A DNA stretch of 64,000 nucleotides from assembly GCA_965223985.1 (NCBI GenBank), contig OZ245030.1, forward strand, positions 1,810,964 through 1,874,963, given 5' to 3'. Below, piece after piece: positions 1-7,754 of the stretch (positions are counted from its first letter, which is position 1; each line of letters starts with the position of its first letter). The position numbers and the translations under genes were made by a program. The DNA comes from Candidatus Poribacteria bacterium (GTDB taxonomy: Bacteria; Poribacteria; WGA-4E; PCPOR2b). The notes under the pieces are model-generated. The model had not been told where the DNA came from. It searched no databases and saw only the letters and a program-made list of their open reading frames with translations.

Positions 1-340
1 AGAACACTTGCACGCCGCACCCCGTCGGAAGGCTTTTCAACTGGGCATCACGCCTAGTCACTGGCTCTGCACTTGATTAGTCAATTATCGTCAGTGGAAT
101 CGTCCGCAGGTTCCTTTTTGAGAAATATCGACTCTTTAAGAGATGGTAGTCTTCCGATGACGCAAAAGATGTACACAGTGACTAGAGCGCAGAATAGAAC
201 ACAGATTGTCCCCAGAAAGTCAAAAACACTGTCGAATCTAGCGCCGGTACTCTCCTCTAACCAAACTAGGAAAACAGCAAAGGTGATTGGAGGAACGCAG
301 CTCCCCAACCACTTCTTTGCATCAATCTTGTATTTCACAG

Positions 341-736
341 TTAGACCTCTCTTGGCGGAACAACAGGCTGTCCGTATCGATTTTCTTCGTCTGTTCCCCG
401 CATGCACCCCAGAGTGACAATCAAGATGATAATGCCGATGATTGGAATAAAAATTAGAAGACACCACCAACCCGATTTGCAGCGGTCGTGACAACGCTTG
501 ACCGACACGGCAATCTCAGGCCACATCATTAAACCACATAAAATATCTGATAAAAATTCAAAAGGTAAGATGGCATCAATGACCTCGCCCACCACTGACA
601 CCACAACAATCGTAACCCACCCCCACCAGAATTGACTTCTACTAATTCGTCCGTCGAGGTAAAAGAACAAGTGTTTAAAGGTCTGTGGGGTGTCGTAACT
701 CGGATCGTAAACTTGCATCGTCTTCTTCCCGGGCAC
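341..736 (-). CDS. DUF805-family small inner-membrane protein
   Basis: 131-aa ORF with the GRISRSQFWWGW motif, hydrophobic helices, VKRCHDRCKSGWW and a C-terminal NRYGQP. This is the signature layout of DUF805/YhaH-like proteins. Confidence 0.75.
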   Translation of the reverse strand: MPGKKTMQVYDPSYDTPQTFKHLFFYLDGRISRSQFWWGWVTIVVVSVVGEVIDAILPFEFLSDILCGLMMWPEIAVSVKRCHDRCKSGWWCLLIFIPIIGIIILIVTLGCMRGTDEENRYGQPVVPPREV

Positions 737-834
737 GTTGTGCCGCTCAGCTCCCTGAACTTAGCGTTCTTGTCGTTCCCCTGCGTCGTGAGAACAATCC
801 TTGTCGGTGCGGTGATGCTCGACGTTAATAGTAT

Positions 835-1215
835 TCATTCCGGATTTAAGATATCCTCAAATTCTGAACACCGATTCTCTTTTGCATATTCTCGGCACAC
901 GTCCCGCCACAAACGGCTCTCCCAAAGCGCTAGAACCAAATCCTTCACTTCGCTATAGTGTACAAATCCTAGTTCACGTGTTAATTCCCCCTCAAACGCG
1001 CTCCAACTAACATGTTCTCCGTTGATAAACCTGTTGTGGTATTTCTCACAAATATCATTTACCTTCGTCATCCGAGGATCCTGCCGCGCCCAGTTATGTC
1101 CTATCATGAACCGGTCAATTGGCCAATGCCCTTTATCGCCGCTTTCACTGAGCATTGACGTAATCGCATCCGCAATCATTTCGATATGGTCTCTAATTGT
1201 ATCTTCATTTGACAT
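835..1215 (-). CDS. hypothetical protein (126 aa)
   Basis: Clean 126-aa ORF with protein-like composition and no better overlapping frame. Family not recognised. Confidence 0.45.
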   Translation of the reverse strand: MSNEDTIRDHIEMIADAITSMLSESGDKGHWPIDRFMIGHNWARQDPRMTKVNDICEKYHNRFINGEHVSWSAFEGELTRELGFVHYSEVKDLVLALWESRLWRDVCREYAKENRCSEFEDILNPE

Positions 1216-1834
1216 TGAAAATAATTCCTTCCTGTAAAACTGAACTTCCTATCTCGTTTTGTCCGCATTTCATCGCAGCATTGTTGGAGATGGAACAACT
1301 CACGGAGCAACATAGGAGAAGTGTTGGAATAGATCGAGCGCACCGTCATAATGCCGAGGGAGAAAGAATAAGGGACATGTCAGCCCTATGAATTTATCGA
1401 AGCAGCCCCTTAAAGTAACGTGATACTCTCAGTTGTCAATTTTGGAGAACGCAGCCGCGCAATCGTACACCGTGCTAGGATGTTGATTAATCCAGTCGCC
1501 GGGGTTGGCGACCGCCCTCAACAGATGAGACACATTTACATTACCAAATCCCTCTCTGACTGTCAACCGTTCATTTCTAACCGCTCGCTTACACCCTGCG
1601 GTCCTCACCTAAACCTTGTTCATCATTCATCCCTTCCTACCTTTTTTCCAACTTTGCATTTTGAAATAATTCGTCGCCTTATCGCAGCGTTTCTAACGCG
1701 AAAAAAACGGCCCTCGAAGAAAATTATTTACTTCCACCCTCACAAAACATTAATGCGGACGAAACGAATTGCAAAAAAAGGCGTTATTTTGTTGACATCT
1801 TTCAATAACAGACTAAAAATAGACTAGAAAGCTA

Positions 1835-1863
1835 TTGACACTTTTAGTTTTATATAGTATTAT
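1835..1863 (+). promoter_or_regulatory. sigma70-like promoter (TTGACA-17 nt-TATTAT)
   Basis: ttgaca at 1835-1840, exact 17-nt spacer, tattat at 1858-1863, inside an AT-rich ~1 kb non-coding stretch. A second TTGACA box lies about 45 nt upstream. Confidence 0.5.
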
Positions 1864-1869
1864 ATATCG

Positions 1870-2010
1870 TAAATTCAATTTTAACAAAATAACCGCCCGT
1901 TAGGTGCTAACCCCACTAAGGTAGCTTACACGATGGCGAAAGGTCTAATCCCCTCGCCGCAGAAGTGTCATAGCTTCTGTCGTCTGCTGCCGCTGTGGGG
2001 TTATTTTTTT
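1870..2010 (+). ncRNA. candidate structured small RNA or leader, ending in a T7 run
   Basis: Lies downstream of the 1835-1863 promoter. An 8-bp closing stem (aaccccac 1909-1916 with gtggggtt 1995-2002) encloses two hairpins (ggcga 1935-1939/tcgcc 1954-1958; cagaag 1960-1965/cttctg 1974-1979) and is followed by ttttttt at 2004-2010. Family not recognised. Confidence 0.35.
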
Positions 2011-2072
2011 CGCATCTCATTATGAGCGTACGGTGGCAATCAAACGCAGCGGCATGAAAAAAAATAAACTGA

Positions 2073-2153
2073 TGTAAAATGTAATTCGATAAATCCGCTC
2101 CTGTACTAGCATTCAGCGATATCAGAATTACATCGGTGTAATTTGATGTAATT
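2073..2153. repeat. cluster of TGTAATT-type heptamers (putative DNA-binding sites)
   Basis: tgtaaaa 2073-2079, tgtaatt 2080-2086, inverted aattaca 2126-2132, tgtaatt 2137-2143 and 2147-2153 (the last two 10 bp apart), just upstream of the 2191 ORF. Confidence 0.35.
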
Positions 2154-2190
2154 TTATACCCAATGTGAAGCATCACGCAAAGGACAAATA

Positions 2191-2772
2191 ATGAAAGACA
2201 AATCAACTTGGCAGGAAGCCTTGAAAGACGAGGACATCCGAAAAAACGTAGCCTACAATATCCAGCGGTACGGCACAAAAAAAGCCGTCGACGCTATCTA
2301 TGAAAACCCAAACTTCGAAAGTTGCAGAACTGGTAACGCAACGCAAGATCGAAAAGCCATACGCGCCGCAACTCAGGTCTGCAATCCCAAATATCAAGAT
2401 CGCTTCAACACGCAGAAATACGGCGGCGCCGTCGCAGACGCCGCGAGAGATGAGCTTGAGTGTGCGGTCGTGGAACACGTGCCCTACATCAAACAGTCCC
2501 TTGAGCGTATGCGCGAAGTGGACGAAAAGGCTGCAAAAGCCGAAACCTTAGAAGAACTCAAAAAACTAAAACTTAAGCAGGAAATACATGAGAGATATAG
2601 ATCAGCGCTATCAGCCCTCACGGGGGCTCTTCGTGTCTACGAACGCCTACCCGACGAGTCGGGCGCCGGTTCCGCCCAACCCCGACTTAATCCGGGAGAT
2701 GCGCTCAGGGAATTCCCCCAGCCTCCTGAATCGTTACGAGGCAATCCGGCGCCAGGGCAAAATTCTAAATGA
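2191..2772 (+). CDS. hypothetical phage-associated protein upstream of terminase
   Basis: 193-aa ORF, charged and helical in its first ~140 aa. The last ~60 aa are low-complexity and overlap the terminase ORF in another frame, so the true 3' end is uncertain. Confidence 0.4.
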   Translation: MKDKSTWQEALKDEDIRKNVAYNIQRYGTKKAVDAIYENPNFESCRTGNATQDRKAIRAATQVCNPKYQDRFNTQKYGGAVADAARDELECAVVEHVPYIKQSLERMREVDEKAAKAETLEELKKLKLKQEIHERYRSALSALTGALRVYERLPDESGAGSAQPRLNPGDALREFPQPPESLRGNPAPGQNSK

Positions 2773-4465
2773 TGACGACCGCACGCTAGTCGTCCACATG
2801 GCTTATGTCGATCCGAGGTTCTTTGTCGAATACTACCTCCACGACCCGCATACCATGTCGCCTCTGCAGCCGCACCATGTTGAACTGCTCAACCTCATCC
2901 CGTTCGACAAAACCGGCGTCAAAGTCAACGTCCAAGCCCCGCGCGGCTCCGCAAAAACCACCTGCTGTGCTGTCTGGTACCCGCTCTGGCGAATCTGCTT
3001 CAAAACCTTCCAACTCGCTGAAGGCGTCCCGGACGAAAAATTCATCCTAATCATCAGCCGCAGCCAAGCCATTGCTAAGAGCATTCTCGATAACCTCAAG
3101 AGTCTAATAGATAATCCCAAGATTGTCCGAGACTTGGGAGTCCTCCGCGGTCCCGTGTGGAAAGCGAGGGAATGCGAGACCGCAAACGGTGTCGCAATCC
3201 GAGTGCTCGGACGAAAGCAATCCCCGCGCGGCGCGCTCGTACACGGCATACGCCCAAGCCTCGTCATCGTTGATGACCTCGAAGACCCGAAACGCTGTTT
3301 GAATCCCGACCTCCGCGCAGAAGATCGGGATTGGTTCTTCTCCGATGTCATGTTCGCTTCCAACATGGCGGGGAACATCAACGCTATCTTCTCCGATACC
3401 GTCAAACACCCGGACAGCTTGTCTATGCGCCTAGCGACGACCCCCGGCTGGAAAACCCTACATTTCAAAGCCATCCCCGAGCCCGAAGACCTTTACCACG
3501 CGAGCCACGAACATCTCTGGAAAGAATGGGAGAGAATTTATGGAGACTTGACGTTAGATGACGCTGAACGAGAAGCAAAGGCGGACGAATTCTACAACTC
3601 TCATGCGGAGGAAATGAACTCTGGCGTCGCTCCCCTCTGGCCCGAAGCATTATCGTACCTCAAAGTCCGCAAGATGATTGTAGAGCGCGGATACCACTAC
3701 TGCCTCAGAGAACTGCAGAACATCGCCCGCGACCCAAGCATGTCGATGTTCGACATGGAGAACGCAATTACGTTTGAGGTCGTCGACGAAGGCTTGAAAC
3801 GCAGCGACAGACGCATCGTTGAATGGCATCAGTTAGGCGGTTTCACCGCCTACCTCGACACTGCGGGCGGGCGCGACACACAGCAAAATTCGTATGCCTG
3901 CGCCGTCGTCGTCGCGTGGGAGCCGCTGGAGGGTGGACGTAAGCTCCACCCCGATTCATTGGCTGGTGTTAACGCCTACGTTCTGTCGTGCTGGATTGAC
4001 CGCAAAGGCCTAACGGAACAGTTCGAGAATGCCATTCTTCTCCACCAACGCGCCGAAGCCTTACTCCACAGAGCCGTACCGAAGTCGCATTTTGTCGTTG
4101 AGGAGCGTCCGGACCCAGACCGCACCATTCGCACGTCGTACGCTGCGGTGTTCAAAGCACTAAAAGAGAAGCTCAAGTTCGAGAGGACGCTGGTCTATCA
4201 CCCGCAGACGCAGAATAAAGAGGAGCGCATTGCAACGTTGGAGCCTCAAATCAAGAACGGCTGGCTCGCGTTCAATAAGGTCGGATTGCCCGGTGAGTTC
4301 TGGAAGCAGTTTCGCGAGTTCCCGACCTCGGACCACAACGACGCACCCGACGCAGTTCAAGGCGCCTGCCGTCAACGAGTCCGCACCACACCGCAGCAGC
4401 GCCAACTTAAACGTGCACAGGACGAGTGGAATCGCGAATACGGACGGTTAACCGTTCGCCTATAA
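2588..4465 (+). CDS. phage terminase large subunit-like protein (TerL)
   Basis: Walker A-like QAPRGSAKTT, Walker B LVIVDDLEDP, and C-terminal RNase H-like nuclease motifs YLDTAGGRD and DHNDAPDAVQGA. Start uncertain; in-frame ATGs at 2699 and 2798 are alternatives. Confidence 0.8.
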   Translation: MRDIDQRYQPSRGLFVSTNAYPTSRAPVPPNPDLIREMRSGNSPSLLNRYEAIRRQGKILNDDDRTLVVHMAYVDPRFFVEYYLHDPHTMSPLQPHHVELLNLIPFDKTGVKVNVQAPRGSAKTTCCAVWYPLWRICFKTFQLAEGVPDEKFILIISRSQAIAKSILDNLKSLIDNPKIVRDLGVLRGPVWKARECETANGVAIRVLGRKQSPRGALVHGIRPSLVIVDDLEDPKRCLNPDLRAEDRDWFFSDVMFASNMAGNINAIFSDTVKHPDSLSMRLATTPGWKTLHFKAIPEPEDLYHASHEHLWKEWERIYGDLTLDDAEREAKADEFYNSHAEEMNSGVAPLWPEALSYLKVRKMIVERGYHYCLRELQNIARDPSMSMFDMENAITFEVVDEGLKRSDRRIVEWHQLGGFTAYLDTAGGRDTQQNSYACAVVVAWEPLEGGRKLHPDSLAGVNAYVLSCWIDRKGLTEQFENAILLHQRAEALLHRAVPKSHFVVEERPDPDRTIRTSYAAVFKALKEKLKFERTLVYHPQTQNKEERIATLEPQIKNGWLAFNKVGLPGEFWKQFREFPTSDHNDAPDAVQGACRQRVRTTPQQRQLKRAQDEWNREYGRLTVRL

Positions 4466-4503
4466 CCCAGCACCGACACGCATCTGTCGTGTAATCTTAC
4501 GAA

Positions 4504-5532
4504 CTAATCGAAAAGTGAGGACTTCACCTCAATAATTTGTATCCGACGCTGGGCTTCGGCTAGAAGATCTTGTAGGGTGGGATTGTCTCGAGCGAGACGG
4601 ATGAAGCTCTTGTAATGGGCAATCGCTTCCTCATCGTGCCCTTGTCTCTCATAAACATACCCAAGATTGGCGTATGTTTCTGCCAAGTTCGGGTTGATGC
4701 GAATTGCCTCCTTGTACGCGGCAATCGCCTCATCCCATCGGTCCAAATCCTCGTAGACATATCCAAGGTTGTTGTGTGCCTCTGCATAGTTTGGATTGAG
4801 GCGAATGGCTGTATTGTACGCCTCAACCGCTTCCTCGAATCTGCCCTGTTTACGATACACGATTCCCAAATTAGTGTGTGCTTCTGGGTAGTTCGAGTCA
4901 ATCTCGATTGCCTTTTTGTACGCGGAGACTGCTTCGTCGAATTTACTTTGTTCTCGATAGACAATCCCAAGATTGGTATACAGCACCGGGTTGTTCGGGT
5001 CAATGCGGACAGCTGTTTTGAACGCAGAAACCGCCTCTTCAAATTCACCCCGTATGCCGTACACTTTCCCAAGATTGTTGTGTGCCGCGGAAAAGTCAGC
5101 CTTGATACGAATTGCTGCTTTGAATTCAGGGATGGCTTTGTCAAGCTCGCCCTGCTGCTGATACACAATTCCCAGATTATATCGCACTGCTGCATCGGTC
5201 GGATCAACCTCAACTGCCCTTTGCCATCTGGCAAGGACATCGCTTAACGCTTTTTTGGCTTCGGGGGTGTCTATCCCCCCAAGAGCAAAAGCAGCGCCGC
5301 TCCGATTCAGCGCCTCCTTATCATTCTGCAGCATCTTGGTTAAGGCAGGAATTGCCGCTTTAGCAGGTTCGCCCATCTCGCCCAGGGTAATCGCAGCGCG
5401 CCGGCGAACGAACGCATCCGTGGCGTCAAGCTGTTTGATGAGCGTTTCGATACGCTGCTCATCCGCACCAAACGAGTTTATCGTCAATACCAGAAGACAA
5501 AAAAGTGCGGGGATACTCGTTCTACGTTTCAC
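4504..5532 (-). CDS. secreted HEAT-repeat plus TPR-repeat protein
   Basis: Signal peptide MKRRTSIPALFCLLVLTINSFGA, PBS-lyase/HEAT-like unit (VRRRAAITLGEMGEPAKAAIPAL), then about 7 tandem 34-aa TPR units (AHNNLGxVY...EAxxAYKxAIxIxPN). Confidence 0.85.
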   Translation of the reverse strand: MKRRTSIPALFCLLVLTINSFGADEQRIETLIKQLDATDAFVRRRAAITLGEMGEPAKAAIPALTKMLQNDKEALNRSGAAFALGGIDTPEAKKALSDVLARWQRAVEVDPTDAAVRYNLGIVYQQQGELDKAIPEFKAAIRIKADFSAAHNNLGKVYGIRGEFEEAVSAFKTAVRIDPNNPVLYTNLGIVYREQSKFDEAVSAYKKAIEIDSNYPEAHTNLGIVYRKQGRFEEAVEAYNTAIRLNPNYAEAHNNLGYVYEDLDRWDEAIAAYKEAIRINPNLAETYANLGYVYERQGHDEEAIAHYKSFIRLARDNPTLQDLLAEAQRRIQIIEVKSSLFD

Positions 5533-5667
5533 AGGAAATCCCTATCGTGTCAGGAAAAATTCAAGTTCTGTATGCGTTCAAATGAGTACGCACACCCGAT
5601 GGCATTTGGGCACTAACCTAGTGCTCGCCATTCTCCAAACAGTTGTGTCATTTCATCCGGGAATAGA

Positions 5668-6633
5668 TCATTGTTCGTTACGCCCAACCTTCTTGAGCCA
5701 ACCCCAAGTCAGTGCGTGATTTCCGGCAAGTGATACGGAGAAAACCGTTACAAAATCAGGGTCGAACCAAGCTGCAGCCCGGTTCAAGTTGCCTATCGGT
5801 GGAAGCTCACGGAGAATTCCCTGTCCATCGGCATCTTGAATGATAATCTTAGCTATGCCGCCCCCGAAGGTTGTCGCAGCAAGTTCTTTACCGTCCGGTG
5901 ACCATTCAGGGTCTCTACAACACCCGATTTTCAGTTGGTTTTTGCCATCTGCGTCCATCACAAAAATTTCCGCATGCCCCGAGCGTTCCGTAATCCAGGC
6001 TATTTTTTCATTGTCCGGCGACCATGCAGGGTGGGAGTCCTTGGCGCGATGGTTGGTCAGATTTTGCAGGTTCCCTCCGTCCGCGTTCACGAGGTAGAGG
6101 TCTCCAATCGTCTTGCCCCGTTTCGAAGAGAAGGCAATCTTTTGAGCGTCCCGCGACCACGCGGGTTGGACATCGTCAGCCGGGTCGTTTGTGATGTTCC
6201 CAATAATTTGCCCTGCCGCGTTCATAGTGAAGATTTCATAGTTGCCGTCTCGGTTGGACGTGATGGCTAACTTCCGACTATCAGGATGCCAAGTCGGCCA
6301 ACTATCCTCTGCAGCATGGTCAGTAAGTTGTTTGAGATTCTCTCCATTACCATTCACCACGTAGACATCTATGTTCCCCTTCGATTCGGTGTGGAATGCT
6401 AATTTGGTACCGTCCGGTGCCCACTCCAAGCCTAAGGGTTGCCCGTCAACAAATAGCAATGCACGCTGATTGTTGCCGTTGGGGTCCATCAACCAGATAT
6501 TGCCCTCAGCCGCGTTTGTTGAGACCGCGATGGTTGGCTTGTCCGGTGCTTTCGCCTCGGCGCTCATCAGAAACATCGTGCTTAACAATAAAACCACACC
6601 TATACAAATGACTACTGTTTTCCCAATTCGCAT
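5668..6633 (-). CDS. secreted TolB-like PD40 beta-propeller protein, paralog 1 of 8
   Basis: Signal peptide, KAPDKPTIAVS junction, repeated WSPDG/IAF/RDGN/EI(F/Y) PD40 units, and tail AAWFDPDFVTVFSVSLAGNHALTWGWLKK. Confidence 0.85.
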   Translation of the reverse strand: MRIGKTVVICIGVVLLLSTMFLMSAEAKAPDKPTIAVSTNAAEGNIWLMDPNGNNQRALLFVDGQPLGLEWAPDGTKLAFHTESKGNIDVYVVNGNGENLKQLTDHAAEDSWPTWHPDSRKLAITSNRDGNYEIFTMNAAGQIIGNITNDPADDVQPAWSRDAQKIAFSSKRGKTIGDLYLVNADGGNLQNLTNHRAKDSHPAWSPDNEKIAWITERSGHAEIFVMDADGKNQLKIGCCRDPEWSPDGKELAATTFGGGIAKIIIQDADGQGILRELPPIGNLNRAAAWFDPDFVTVFSVSLAGNHALTWGWLKKVGRNEQ

Positions 6634-6709
6634 GGTCTAGACTCCTGCAATAAACGGAGAAAAGGCAGTTCTCCCGATTCGGATGACAATTGAAAAACTG
6701 GTTAATAAA

Positions 6710-7687
6710 TTATTGCTCGTTAGGTCCCGCTCTCTTGAGCCAACCCCAGGTCAGTGCCCGCTTCCCGGCAGGTGATACGGAGAACACCGTCACAAAATCA
6801 GGGTCGAACCAAGCGGGCGAACGGTTGACGTTGCTGATGCCCGGAAGTTCTTGCTGAGGGGCTTTTCCGTCCGCATCTCGGATGAAGATTCTTGAGCCGC
6901 CCCCAAAGGTGGCGCCAGCAATTTTTTCTCCGTCCGGCGACCACTCGGGATCCCGACAACACGCGATTGCTACCTGATTTGCGCCATCTGCAGCATCCAT
7001 CGCGTAGATGTTAGCAGCGCCCGTTCGATTCGAGATAAAGGCAATCTTCTGCTCATCTGGCGACCATGCGGCATGGGTACTCGCGGCGCGATTATTCGTC
7101 AGATTTCGCAGGTTCTCCCCGTTCGCGTCCATGACGTAAATGTCACCAAGACTCTTCCCGCGTTTGGAAGTGAACGCGAGTCTTCGACCGTCCCGCGACC
7201 AAGCGGGATCGATGTCCTTGACGGCGTCGTTCGTAAGGTTCTCGATTATCTGCCCCCCATCTGTCATCGTGTAGATTTCAAAGTTGCCGTCCCGATTGGT
7301 GGTGAAGGCAATCTTTTTGCCGCTGGGATGCCAGCTTGGTCGGCTGTCCTCCGCAGCATCGTCGGTGAGCCGATTGAGATTTTGTCCGTTGGCATTCACC
7401 ACGTAGACATCAATGTTCTGCCTCACTTCGGTATGGAACGCTAGCCTCCGACCGTCTGGCGACCATTCTAGACCCAAAGGCAGAGGGTTAGCGTCAATTA
7501 CCAGCAGAGGGCGTACATTTTCCCCTCGGATATCCATCAACCAGATAATGGCGCCCTCGCCTACACTGGAAACCGCGAGCGTTGGTTCATTAGGCGCTTG
7601 CGCATGGGCGTGCATCAGAATTGCGGCGCTGATAAAGAGAAACACACCAGCGGACACAACACACACCGGTGTTTTCCGACTCTGCAT
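6710..7687 (-). CDS. secreted TolB-like PD40 beta-propeller protein, paralog 2 of 8
   Basis: Same architecture as paralog 1. Tail SPAWFDPDFVTVFSVSPAGKRALTWGWLKR. Confidence 0.85.
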   Translation of the reverse strand: MQSRKTPVCVVSAGVFLFISAAILMHAHAQAPNEPTLAVSSVGEGAIIWLMDIRGENVRPLLVIDANPLPLGLEWSPDGRRLAFHTEVRQNIDVYVVNANGQNLNRLTDDAAEDSRPSWHPSGKKIAFTTNRDGNFEIYTMTDGGQIIENLTNDAVKDIDPAWSRDGRRLAFTSKRGKSLGDIYVMDANGENLRNLTNNRAASTHAAWSPDEQKIAFISNRTGAANIYAMDAADGANQVAIACCRDPEWSPDGEKIAGATFGGGSRIFIRDADGKAPQQELPGISNVNRSPAWFDPDFVTVFSVSPAGKRALTWGWLKRAGPNEQ

Positions 7688-7754
7688 AGTTTGATACCCC
7701 TCTGTTAGTTCTCCCGAATCCGATTGATAGCTGAAAAACCCATATCAAAGGGTA

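Noticed and set aside
73-494. ORFs 73-417 (+) and 81-494 (-) at the left edge
   Set aside because: They overlap each other and the DUF805 gene. The minus-strand ORF has one hydrophobic stretch, but no credible start outside the overlap and no motif. Evidence is insufficient to call a gene.
1909-2002. Possible tRNA, tmRNA or partial tRNA attachment site
   Set aside because: There is no T-loop (GTTCRANNC) with a 5-bp stem, no anticodon arm and no CCA-compatible acceptor. The ggcga/tcgcc stem has a 14-nt loop, so I report it only as an unclassified structured RNA.
1420-2278. ORFs 1420-1827 (+) and 1916-2278 (-) in the AT-rich region
   Set aside because: Their basic, low-complexity products lack motifs. 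They run through promoter-like boxes, the structured RNA candidate and a T7 tract. I treat the region as non-coding or regulatory.
2786-3650. ORFs 2833-3474 (-), 2786-3013 (-), 3104-3409 (-), 3465-3650 (-) and 2805-3050 (+) inside the terminase gene
   Set aside because: These are shadow ORFs of a GC-rich coding region. They have Arg/Ser/Pro-rich composition, and the terminase frame carries the Walker and nuclease motifs.
4560-5247. Long ORFs 4560-5240 (-) and 4615-5247 (+) overlapping the TPR/HEAT gene
   Set aside because: They lie in alternative or antisense frames of a periodic 34-aa repeat gene, and their products are Arg/Cys/Ser-rich with no motifs. The 4504-5532 frame has a signal peptide and canonical TPR and HEAT units.
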